A stretch of 64,000 nucleotides of DNA from Blastocystis sp. Blastoise (taxonomy: Eukaryota > Protista > Bigyra: Opalinata), in NCBI GenBank assembly GCA_039096225.1, contig JBBPEB010000025.1:1-64000 (forward strand), given 5' to 3'. The notes under the pieces were generated by a model. That model had not been told where the DNA came from. It made no database searches and saw nothing but the letters and a program-made list of their open reading frames with translations. Position 1 is the stretch's first letter. Each line of letters opens with the position of its first letter. Shown piece after piece: positions 1-14,325 of this stretch. The position numbers and the translations under genes were made by a program.

Positions 1-1350
<1,350 letters not shown>

Positions 1351-1370
1351 AGAAGAAAGAGATACAATAG

Positions 1371-1402
<32 letters not shown>

Positions 1403-3901
1403 ACAATAATAGTAATATTTATTTTTTAAGAATTTCTTCAAATTCAGTATGGATTTGTTTCATCACATTATATGCTTTAATATCAAAAACTATTCTATAA
1501 TCATAATATTATTATTTAAAAAAGAATCTCATAAATTATTTTTAAATAGAAGAATATAAGTAAATACATTAATAGAATAATAAATAATGATATTCAAGAT
1601 GTACTATTTTGTTATGACTATATAAAATATATATAAATAATATATAACTATAATAAAAATAAATATATTAATTATAACTATAATAAGAATATATATATAC
1701 CTATAGAATAGTTCTTCTTCCATTTATAATCGATATTTCAATATATATATAAGTTTAGTATATTTAATAATGTTTATATCTTTCTTTTAACACTTCTAAA
1801 CCATATACAACAATTTATTTCTTTTATTCTTAGATAATAATATATCTTATATAAATCTATATATTTATATATTCATTAATAAGATATTTTTTAACATAAA
1901 AATAATTCAAATATAAGCTATTTTCAAAGCTAACAATTCAAATATAATATTCAATTAATATATTTCAAAAAATAATTCCTTTTTAAATAATAAAGACCAA
2001 ATATAGTATATATTGAATATATATAGAATAGCATTCAAATAGCTATTTAATGATTAATATTTGAATTGTTTTCTCTCTCTATATATATATATTCTTATAA
2101 ATTTTTATTGTTAGAAATATATATATATATATACATTATAATGGTAGTAAGTATATTAAATATATCAAATGGATCTCAAATGAATAAGATGAATCATCCT
2201 CTATATAATATTTATGTACTATATATATATATATTATTATTATTAAATATAGTAGATACATATTATACAAACAATATATATATATAATATATATTATACA
2301 ATATATTTATATACATCAAGTTGTTGGAAACCCTTAAGAATATAATTCTTGTAAATGGGATATATGAATTGTTGTAAGGGTAAGAATAATGGATTGAAGG
2401 CAAGAAGATGAAAGGTATGAACTTTTAGAAGATAATAACGTATATAAATCTATATAGATATATATAATATTTATTGTTCTATAGCTTTTATAAAAACATT
2501 TAATTTAAAAGTTTAGAGATAAAGATATAGATTCAAAATAGTAGTTGAAAAATTACAGGTATATATATACTTGATAAAAATAGAATAAGCATAAAATATA
2601 ATAAATAGATTATTAAATGTCATGAATATCTATATAACAAATAAAATAGATATAAAATACTTTACACTATTATATATATAATAATAATACATATATATAA
2701 AACTATCATCTTTAAAAAAGATTAAATTAATCAGAATATCATATAATTCTCTTTATTTAATTTAATAGTATAAATATATTCATAATGGAAAACATACTCA
2801 CCAACTTTTCCCTATATAATAATAATAATAATCTCTCTCTTCCCTTAAACACTTTTTTACAACAATTGTCATAAAAATGTGATAGCTTTGTCAATTTTTA
2901 ACTATGTAAAATAATTATTATTCAACTGTATTAAGCTGATTTAAATGTCTTTCTGTGATAGTCACAACAAGTACCACAAAATATTGGCAACACACCTATA
3001 TTATTTTTATATATTTCATCAAATTTATCTTTTTTATTATTTATTCAAATTTTCTATATTATTCTATTATTTATCTATATTTATACTCTTCATCATAATA
3101 AAACTATTTTCATAATCATTCTTCGTTTATAATAGTTATAAATACTATTAAAATGATCATTTGGCTACTTTTGTAAATTGTATACTATTCATGAATTCTA
3201 TAGTATTCTCAACTTATTCTTGTTTATAAAATTATTTCTTTATTATATTTAAAAACTTTATTTAATTTTATTATTAATATTTAATTACATTTGTTCATTT
3301 ATTTAAATAATAGTCATCCTATATATTTATTTTACACATTTTTATATTTATATTTTTACAATTCAATGATTTAATTTATTTTTATTTATATATTATATAA
3401 ATTGATATTCATACATATAGTATTCCTATTATTATAGTTTATAAAAAAAATTAAATTTTTGATTAATAAAACAATAGAAACATCTTTCATTTTATATTAT
3501 TGATAACTATTTATTGTTTTGAACCTTCAATAAGATTTTTTTATTATTTAAATAAACAATAATGTATTGATGTTTATTATTATCATAGAACTCCTAACAT
3601 ACATATATTTTATAGTTTTTATCCTTATGATTTATATGTTATTCTTTGTTTTATATCTATAAAATAAATATATGTATAAAAAAAATTTCTAATAAAAAAC
3701 TATTTATTTATTATTGAAAATATTGTATAGTAAATAATATTAATAAACTTTTAATATAAAATATAGTTAGAAAACAATTAACAAAACTATTTTTTATATT
3801 CTTTTAAATTTAATATATATAATGAAAAACTTTTCTCAAGAAAGAAAAGAAAAGAATATATATAAAGAGAGAAATAAAGAAATAGTAATTTATTATTCTT
3901 T

Positions 3902-5390
3902 TTATGCTCTTCCCCATACTTCATAATCTTCTACTGTAAACTTATTAGTAGAATTAGAGTTATTTGTATTTACAAATAATGAATGTTTTTGAGGAGTATT
4001 CACTTGAGAATAAGAAGATGCTTTACAAGAAGAATTAGTATTACTATGACATTGATCAGATATATAGATATCACAACCACATCCAAATATGGGACCATAA
4101 GAAGAATAACAATATATAGCTTTACTTCTATCACTATTTATATAATCATATTTAGTAGGAGGAATACCATGTTCATTAGTTAATGTAAAGAGAAATTCTT
4201 TAGAATAATTTTTCCAATCTATATAAATCATATTGAATAATTATATAAAATAAATATATATACCTGAACCAGCCCAACTTTGATCTGTATATCCTCCAAA
4301 TATATTAATATGATTATTATGACTTATATGTTTAATGATAGTTACTGTTTCTCCTTTATTATCACAATATCTATGGAATTCGTCTTTTGAATAATTATGT
4401 TCACTTGCTCTATATATATATATATATATAATATAATATAATAAAGTATAAATACCTAAATAATAATTTCCATTTCTTTTCTTTACCAAGCCAATTCATT
4501 AAGGGTATTTCCATGGATTTATTAGTAAGTATACGTGTATAGGGGAAATATGAATAAGGGATTATACATTCATCCACTATATTTATTACTTTATCACCAA
4601 ATAATCTACACATTTCATTCTCTAATAATTCTTTATTAATATTCTTTGTTTCTTCTTCAGATACATAAATACAATTATATTGAATATATTCATAAATATA
4701 ATCAATATATGTATAATCCATCTTCATAAACATTTCATTATTCTTTTCGTCATAATCTACATATCCATCATCATATTCATTAACAATCTTAGTCCATAAT
4801 CCATTCTTCTTCCAATAATCTCTTAATATATCATCTTTCTTATCATTTATATAAAGAATAACATCATCACTTTCTTTATATTGTTTCATTTTATGATCTC
4901 TTCTATAATAAGTTTTCATTAATTCTTCAGGCATAGGTAGATTACAATATTCAAATAAATCTAATAATTCAATTTGATCTCCAAATTTCAATTTATCAAT
5001 ATTTATTTTCTTATTCATTAAAGAATCAATTAATAAAGGAAAAAGTGTTTCATCACCACGATAATCAAAAAAAATAGTACCATCAACAGTTCTTTGATTT
5101 TCTTGGGAATATTCATATAAATAAGTCCCAACTAAACTATTTGTTATTCTTTTAGGAAGAGAATAAACTGGACCATTATTAGTGAATCGAATATAATCAA
5201 TTCCATTATCATTATTATACATATTTAAATCATTTTCATTCAGAAAAGAAGATTCTTGGATAATTATATGTGGATCATCACCATTCTTATCCTTCATTCC
5301 TTCACAATTTCTTGTTAATCGATTCACTAATTCATTTATAGACTCACCTGAATGAATACAGAAACTTATTGACTTACTTAAAATACCAAT
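3902..5390 (-). pseudogene. 3' part of a TLDc-domain protein gene (BTB-like N-terminal region), cut off from its start by the outer CACTA insertion
   Basis: Exons 5390-4456, 4409-4264 and 4218-3902 joined by GT-AG introns 4455-4410 and 4263-4219. They give TLDc motifs WKLLFRASEH..FHRYCDNKGETVTII..IFGGYT..FLFTL..GPIFG.G.DIYI..F.VEDYEVW. The reading frame continues upstream only at 34243-34335. Confidence 0.85.
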
Positions 5391-5479
5391 CACTAGTAGG
5401 CATATTTACGGTTTTTCTGGCACTACTACATCGAATTGGCAATATTTCCGCAATTGTTAAAATTGCAACTGTAAAAATG

Positions 5480-5599
5480 GCAATTATTGCGATTGCAGAA
5501 ATGGCAATTATTGCGATTGCGGAAATACCAATTATTATAACTTCGGAAATACCAATTATCACAATTGCAGAAACAGCAATTATTACAATTATAGAAATC
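5480..5599. repeat. Subterminal 24-bp tandem repeat (5 units plus degenerate upstream copy), consensus about GCAATTATTGCGATTGCAGAAATA
   Basis: Units at 5480, 5504, 5528, 5552 and 5576, starting about 90 bp inside the left TIR. Contains the inverted motif GCAAT-T-ATTGC. Confidence 0.85.
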
Positions 5600-6044
5600 G
5601 GTTTAAATATTCGATCTATTAAATTCAAAAAATTTTCAGTAATATTATTAATCTACTAATATTTAACAAAACAATTTACTTTTTTATTAAAAAACATATA
5701 AAACACATATAATATTTAAAAATAAGTAGAGAAATAAGCGTTTAATTGTTTTCTCAACTAATGAAGACCAAATCATTTCTGAAAAATAACTCTAAGCAAT
5801 TATAAACATCTAAAATAAATAAACAAGATATAATGATATATATACAAACAAAGCAATTTTTGAATTAAATTTGTATCTACAAATTTTAAATCGAATTCTA
5901 AATAATATAGTACACAAATAATATAGCATACATAGATAATGGTAATAATTGAAAAACTAGCATAGTTTGAATACTATATATAGAACTATAGTGAATAATG
6001 GAAAGAAATAATACATAAATATACATATATACAAAAATAATATT

Positions 6045-6755
6045 CAACAATGTATTAAACCAGACAACAACTTTTCATCCTATATATATTTTAGTTAATA
6101 AATTAAATATATATATATACAGCACAAATACTTGGCAGCAAATCAAAGAACCAAGTATAAAAGTGGTCTATAAATATTTAACAATTAGATATAATACATA
6201 ATAATATATATATAAATATATCTCTGTATGTATATATATTGTATATGTAGAGTATCAATTTATTAAAAGTATTAAACATACTAAAATTCATAATTTATAT
6301 AATTTTCTTGAAGCTTAGCCAGTAAGGACAGTTTTTCGCTGCAACCCTTACACAAATCATCAAGAATACGATATGCTGTATAAGTAGCAGACTATAGAAA
6401 TAGAATAAAATAAGTATAATATAAATATATATACAAATAATGAATTTGTTTCTATATTATTTTGAGCACCTTCATCATTAGGAAAAGATATTGGTGATAT
6501 TCTAAAGAATTTTAGAATCGAGCTTTTGTATTTTTTGTTTCTGAAACAGTTAGCAACCACTATTTGAACTTGAAAAGGATCATTAAAATACTCAGCATCT
6601 TCATCATGTAAAGTATTCCATATAATTGACGATATTTTTATAAATAAATCGCTATTCAAGTTTAAATTATACGCATCCTTTTTCTTTTCCCACATATATA
6701 TAGAATTCGTCCGTTCTTCGTCAGATAAAACCATAGGAATTAAATTAACTGCATC
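6045..6755 (-). CDS. 3' exons of accessory gene B of the outer element (5' exons at 20937-21260)
   Basis: The acceptor at 6756 is followed by DAVNLIPMVLSDEERTNSIYMW..., which aligns by eye with accessory gene A NCLKYIPYVINEGDLIDAKNMF. Intron 6434-6392, then SATYTAYRILDDL. The 3' end is approximate. Confidence 0.75.
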
Positions 6756-6829
6756 CTATATATAAAATAATACTTAACACTGGTAGGCACTTTTGAGTTT
6801 TTGAAGGTTTTTGATTGGCTAATTTTCGT

Positions 6830-7650
6830 TCAAGACTCATTCAGCCAATAAAATTTGAATAAAAAAAAGACTTAGGCAAAAAAATGAAAATTTTGTGAAA
6901 ATTTTCAAGTCGACTTTTGATTTAGACTCAAAGACCCTATTTGACATATTTTAACAAAGAATTGACATTATTTTTTATATATAGAGGGTCACACAATATC
7001 CAAAACGTTTTTCTTTTGTTTTAAGTCGTAATTCCGACAAATAATGGGGTCAATATTTTAAAACCTCTTGTTGCTCTGTTTAAAGTTTAAACCCTCTGAA
7101 AGTCACAAGTATGTGTAAAAGTGAATAAAAAGACCTCTATGGGTCAAAACCAAAATTCAGCCAAAAAGTCAAAAATTTATATTTTTTTTACACTGAAAAA
7201 ATGAACCGAGCCTATTTGTTCCATGGGTAATCAGACCAGAGTTTTCAATTTTTAAAATATTTACGGGAATAATTTTCTCGTTCAAAACTGAGTCTATTTA
7301 TATTTTATTGAATATCAGAGGACATAAGAGTTCTATAAAAGGTTTTTCATTAAATTTTATTATGACTCAAAGTTCCGCATACAAAAAGTATGTCAAAGCT
7401 TATAAATAAAGGGTTCTTTTTCAGAATCAACTAAAAGTCTTTTTTTAAGTCATTTTTAGAGTTAATTCTTCAACGGATGGACATTTTAAGTTATAATTAA
7501 TAGTTTTTGGACGAGTTAGTCAACAGATCAGAGAGTCAACAAAAATGAGTTATTTTTTAAAGGTTAAAAGTGTGGGATGCAGTAGTATTGTATAGATGGT
7601 GTAGTGTGAAACGTGTCATAACTTATAAATATGATAGTGAGTCATAAAAA
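6830..7650. promoter_or_regulatory. TGAC/GTCA/GACTC-rich subterminal region of the inner element (candidate transposase or accessory-protein binding sites)
   Basis: Dense short motifs (gactca, gagtca, aagtca, gggtca, gtcac) in both orientations. A similar block lies at the equivalent end of the outer element. Confidence 0.55.
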
Positions 7651-8282
7651 ATTAAAAAAATTAAAGAAAGGTATTTTCATGAAAAATTTTGTATTTCACT
7701 TGAACATTTGAATTTATTAGTGAATTTATAATTATTTTTATTTTATTGTCTCTAAGAGGAATTAGAGCTTCTCACAGTGTTTATGTATGTTTAGAAGACA
7801 AGAATGTATTGTGTCAGTATTTATTTATTAAATATTTTATATTTATTTTCATAATTCTTTTAGGTTTTCCATTCTGGAGTCCCTCTTCGTATCAGACTGT
7901 CTCCTTGGTCAACCTCAAAAATTTAATCAACAGAGTTGCTGCTACTTTTGTTTAACAAGATTATTTCCTTGTTCTTATTCCAACGCTTTCAAGAAACAAC
8001 TTGCCATGCTATAAAAAGTATATAAATGTATTATTTGTTTTTCTATTCATTACTTTTTTTTTCAATTACTAAATATAAATATGTTTTTAATATTGGCTTA
8101 TTTTAAATTGTATACAATTTATATTAATTATAATTTATATTATATAGAATGATAGGTTTTGTTGTCTATTCATACATCAAATTGTTAGTTAAGTCCTGTT
8201 AAAGATTAAACGGTATATAGATAGAAATTATTATTAATATTATTATTATTATTATATATTATATTATTATTATTATTATTTG

Positions 8283-8318
<36 letters not shown>

Positions 8319-8411
8319 TGATTATTTATTACGGGTATTCTTTAAACAATTAATAAATTACCCTATAATTATTAATAATTTTTTTATTTTCTAAAAATAT
8401 TTTATATATAG

Positions 8412-10147
8412 ATCTAAAAGAGATAGTTCTAGACTAAATAATCTACATATAAATTCTAATAAAATAAATAAAATTGATATAAATGGATCAGCTATAAATA
8501 ATATGAATAAAGATAAAAATAATAAAGAAACAGATGAATCGAATCTCTCTCTTAAAGATAATTCTATTTCTATAAATAATAATAATATACATTCAAATAA
8601 ACATCGTAAAGAATCAAATGTTTCTAATTCTTCATCTTCTTCATCTTTATTTTCATCTCAAGATAAAAATACAAATAATTCAAAAGATATATCAAATAAT
8701 AAGAATAACTCTGCTGTTAAAGGTAATAGTATTCATGATTCTTCTAAAAATATTATAAATTATATAAATTAGATGAATAATAGAAATCATAGTATTGATT
8801 ATTCAAATATAAATAATATACAAGAAGAGGAAAAAGAAAGAAAAGAAGAAAGTATACCAGAACAAAAAGAACAAAAAGAAGAAAAAATAGAAAAACATAA
8901 AGAAAAAGAGACAAAAGAAGAAAGAAAAGAGGAAGATGATGATGAAGAAGAAGAAGAAATAAAAGAAAGAGAAGAAGAAGAAGAAAAAGAAGATAATGAT
9001 AATGATGATGATACTACAAGTATAATAACAGATACCGATAGAGTATCAAATCCTATTATTCGTGGCCGTGGTCGTGGACGTGGTAAATTACGATCTCATG
9101 GAAGAGGAAGAGGTAGAGGAAGAGGAAGAGGAAGAGGTTCATTCTATCATTATGATGATAGTGATAATCAAAGTGAAAATGAAAATGATGAAACATTTGA
9201 AATTGATAATGATAAAAATGATAAAAAAGAAAATTATCATTCTATTTCACGTCATAATTATGATTCTACTTATAATATAGATGGAAATGATTTAGATAAA
9301 TATAAACGTAAAGGTATGAATATGAAATTAAAAAAAAATAAACGTCGTAATAATGATGATGATAGTTCTGATGATTATGTGAAACATAGAAGGAATAGTA
9401 TTTCTAAAGAATCTTTAAAGAGAAAATCAAGTATTAAAAGTGATTATTCTTCTATAAGTAAATCAAAAGAAGATAGTATAAAGAGTTCTACTATAAATAA
9501 TTCTATAAAAAATAATTCTATTCATATTAATAAACCATTATCTTCAATAGATGGTAAAACATTATTAGATCTAGAAGGATCTACTCATAAAAATTCACGG
9601 TTATTTGAAGAATATCATTCTATGGATTTATCAAATGAAACTAATAATAATAATACTAATGGTAATTATAAGAATAATAATAATAATAATTCAAATAATA
9701 ATAATCAAAACTCACCAACAGATACAGTATCAACAAATTCCCGTGGAAATAATTCATCAAATAATCATGCTAATGATAAATCTACTACTACTAATAATAA
9801 TAATACTAATGCTTCTAAAGATATTCCTAATGATAAATTTATTGATAAATCAGGTATATTAAATGATACAAAGAATGATCATGAATCTGAAATGGATATA
9901 GAAAAAGAAGAACGAAAACAATTACCTTATATTAATCCACCTCCAAGAACATGTATATTAAATAATATATAAAAAAGAATGCTCATTATATCAAAGAATA
10001 TAAATATAAAATACAAAATGAAAAAGAATTATAAATCAAATCATAATCATGAAGAAGAAACAAATATAAATGTAGATATGAATAATATTAGAGATATAAC
10101 GATCCAAATTCAAGATAATTCAGTAAAGAATTCAATGAGAATTTAAA
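8412..10147 (+). pseudogene. Cargo: low-complexity N/E/D/K-rich protein gene fragment with RG repeats, interrupted by stops
   Basis: ORFs 8503-8772 and 8773-9972 are in the same frame, separated by one TAG. The frame stays open past TAA 9972 to about 10147. Contains an RGRGRG tract and acidic runs. Acceptor-like atatag near 8411. Confidence 0.6.
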
Positions 10148-10499
10148 ATACTCTATATCGTTTTTTTAATTTTTGTCTTCATCTCATTCTATATATCATG
10201 TTATTAAGAAACATATTTATTATCAAAACACAACTATTGGATGTTCAAATCTATATTGATAAATTTATTCAATAGAAGTCCTTTCTTTAAGTTCATACTA
10301 ATGAAATTTGATCAACACGATTTGAAATTCATTAATATAAATATATCCATGATGACGCATTACTTTTTTGTTTATGAACATGAAAAGGGAAATGTGATGA
10401 ATATAATTATTCGATCATTAATTACTTTGATAATATACATACAAATATTTCGATATCTATATAAAAACTTTCATTCATCTGCTCTTATAAATAATTCGT

Positions 10500-13400
10500 G
10501 AACAATGTGTTTTCTTCAATATACAATATAATTCCTTCTTATTATTCTACTTCTAATACTACTAACATTAATATTATTATTATTATTATATACTATTATT
10601 ATACTATTCTTTTATTATTCTTTTAATGTTATTCTTTCTACTATGAGTTCTTATAAAGCTAAGCATATTTAAATTATGGTTACTTTTCTATAATGATAAT
10701 AATGGTTCCTTTAATATTACTACTAATACTTTTATTGTTTGTGTTATATACTGACACTATTATTATACCTTCTTCGTTATACTAGTAATTATATTCTTAT
10801 AAAATTTCAATCTATCCTGTTATTATTTTTTTATACTATCCAAAAAATACTTTTATAATTCGTATATTATTACTATATTGTTATATATAAATTTGTTGTA
10901 TTATTATTCCTATAATATTACTGATAATAATTATTTCTGCTTCTACTATTTTTATCTCTTACTATGTTATTAGTTGGGTTATAACTATTTCTGCTTGTAT
11001 TTCATTAATTATATCACTATTACAATTATTGCAAAGCTATTATTCTTACTGGCTCATTATTTGTCTATTATTCTTCTAAAATAAAAATTATTACTATTCA
11101 TATGATTCATTTATATGATACTATTACTTCTATTATACTCCTATCTACTATGACTACTGTTTCTACTTTTAGTAATTTTATTTTCATGCTATTATCGTTG
11201 TTTATGTAACTATTGGTAGTACTATTACATACTACAAATATTTAACACTATTACTACCATTCCTATATTTTAATAGCACTTATTATTACTATTATTACAA
11301 TAAGTATATAAAATATTATGGTTAAAATGTATAGAAAAAGCAAAAAGCAAAATATTTTCTGGATAGAATATTATTAGTAATAACAATATAATTAATACAA
11401 TGTTTAATTTTTTATAATATTTAAAATATCAAATAGTATACGTGAAATATTTGATCGAAATAAGATTATAAACTATATTAGATATTAGTATAGTGATATA
11501 ATTAATGGCAGATTAATAATATAAGATAATATATTAGAATATGAAGTATAAAGTAATTATTGCAATCATTATTTAATATAATATTATTTCCATTGAAGAG
11601 TTATTATAAAATAAGATATGCAAAGATAACGAGTTTTATAAAACACGAATATAATACTATCATAGTTTATTATATCTTATTGAAGGAGAGCAAATATTAT
11701 TTAATATAATTAATAATGAAAGCATACTAATCTAATTTAAAATTCCAGATTATTTAATGGTTTCTCTTCATTTTTTAATGAAATAATTATGCAGATTCTT
11801 ATTATTATTAGCATTATAAATCTTGCTATTACATGTTATATAATAATTTTTAATATAAATTTTTCTAGAACTTAAACTTAATATATCAGAAAATATAAAA
11901 AGAAATATCATGGGACATATATATAAATAATATATGATACGATTTTAATCGTTATGAAGCATACACTAAGTTCCAATTATGTATTGTTCATTATAAGCAA
12001 TTCATATAATACATGATATTTTATTTGTACTACTACATTTGTTTTTATATTGTTATATAAAATATTATTTTAATAATACTACATATTATGTAGCTTTACA
12101 ATATTAAACTCTTAATATTTATGTTATATTTTATGCCTTTAGTTATGTTTGATATTCAAAGTATTTTACTGGTCTTAATAAGTATTTAACATATTTAAAT
12201 GCATATTTATATTTTATGTATAATGGGTTATTATTATATCATTATATGGATTCCTATAAAGTAATTAATACTTTATTAGATATACAAATGAGACTATTCT
12301 CTATATTTTTTTGAACAATATGTTATCTTCATATTACCTTTCTCATTTTGTATTAACCACTTTATTGATCTTTTAACAATTATTAGTGTTATCTCAAACT
12401 ATCTATTAGTAATTAGTTGTTACTAATACTTATTTCTAATTTGAGCACTCAACTATTCCTATTGAATATCTGCTATAATGCAATTATTGATGATGTCTGC
12501 ATTATTGAAGATCATTCATTTTGTTTGTAAACTATTATTAGTATAGAAATTCATTAATAGTATAAAATAAATATTTAATATTTCAAATGATATAATGAAT
12601 TGAATAAAGATTTCTATTATATGTATACTATGTCCATACATACTATGAATAATGATACTTATATTTCAGTATATTTAATATTCAAGAATTATCTATAACA
12701 ATTATCAATTCTCTATTAATCTTATCCTTCAATTGATAATGTTTTATATTCGTATTATTCCTATAAACTATTATTCTTATGGTACTACTAATTATAGTGT
12801 TATGATTTATATATTTTTTTGTATCATTATATATATGCTGTGTCATTTTTATTATGAATCGATGATTAATTTAGAACCATTTATACTTATTTATTATATC
12901 TAATATTGTATTTACTTCTATATCTGCATTTTTTTTTATTCCTATTATTTTATTTTACCGTTATATACTAATGTTATTCATACTATAACTATGTTCCATC
13001 AAATTTAATAGGAATTATCATAGTCACGTCAACTTAATGTCCTACTTATTACTACCACTTCTATGTCAATACTTATAACTAGAACTAATTCTATATAATA
13101 ATCAATACTATATTTAAAATGCATATAATTGAACAACTACTTCGTAATAATGTGAATATAGTTATTTATATGGACAATAATAACTCCCTTGATCCTAAAT
13201 GTATTGTATTTAAAGTAATAATTTTGCATCAAATTGATATTAAATCTATCTATCTATCTATCTATTTGTTCATAAAATTTTTAGTTATAATAATAACTAT
13301 CTTAATAATGATAATAGAATAACGTTAATCCTTATAGAAAACTATTAACGAAATCGAATAAATTATTCTTCTAACTATACTTCCTACATCGACATATTTC

Positions 13401-14050
13401 TACAAGCTAGTCTTCATCTTATGTATAGCTATTTTTTTTTATAAATTATGAATTATGCTCTAAACAGTAGATGAGGTAAAGATCTAATAGTAATATTCAT
13501 TTAATTTATTATCAAATAATGTTATTTGAAGAATTTGCATACTATTCATAATAGAATACATTTCTCCTAAATTATTCATTCTAACAAAACTCCTGATGAT
13601 TATATATAATCACTTTTGTAAGACCTTAAAAATATATTAACTGATATGATTATTTTTTTTTAAATATTATTTAAATATAGATAAATAAATGTAATAAACA
13701 TTACCCATTTAAATTGTTATTTCACATAATGAAAGAAATTTATATTGCGTTTATTCTTCTAAATAATCTTCTCTTTCTGTCATATTTTATTACTATATTT
13801 TAAATCATTACGTCCTATTATATTTAATTGGCATGTATTTATTGCTACAACTCTTGTATTACTACAATATAACTTGATTCTTTATACATTATTCCAACAA
13901 TAATACTTTATTTCTTCATTTTAAATGTATACCTAGCATTAATGAGAATAGTTCAAATATATTATCTCATTTTATCTGATTGTTTTATGTAGTAATAGTT
14001 CATTATTAAATTTAATATTGATTAATACAAAGAATATTGATATTATTTGA
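10500..14050 (+). pseudogene. Cargo: heavily decayed S/T/I-rich coding-like sequence, possibly from the giant surface-protein family
   Basis: Residual TCT/ACT/ATT codon periodicity on + with many stops and no long ORF. Composition resembles the sense strand of the 36.6-60.4 kb gene. Not aligned computationally. Confidence 0.35.
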
Positions 14051-14325
14051 AATACAAAATGAAATTATTACATAACTTTAGTTAAAATACGTTAAATATA
14101 TTATAAGAATATAAAAGAAATGGATATTAGATACATATTACAAGAATGTAAAAGATAAAATCATGTATAACATAAAAATATATATATATATATATATGAA
14201 ATTTAAATGATTTATAATATGAAAACATAAAAGAAAATGATATTATATATAATATAATAAAATTATTAGTATTTATAATATAAAAAAGTAAAGGTTATTG
14301 TTATTCATATATTGGCTATCGCAAT

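Noticed and set aside
5480-5599. CRISPR-like array
   Set aside because: Units are contiguous with no unique spacers, there are no cas genes, and the context is eukaryotic.
5369-5659. Overlapping Ile/Ala-rich ORFs on both strands
   Set aside because: Translations of the 24-bp subterminal repeat, not genes.
8770-8772. Stop-codon reassignment or readthrough at the in-frame TAG
   Set aside because: The 7.5k-codon exon and both transposase exons contain no in-frame stops. A nonsense mutation in cargo is simpler.
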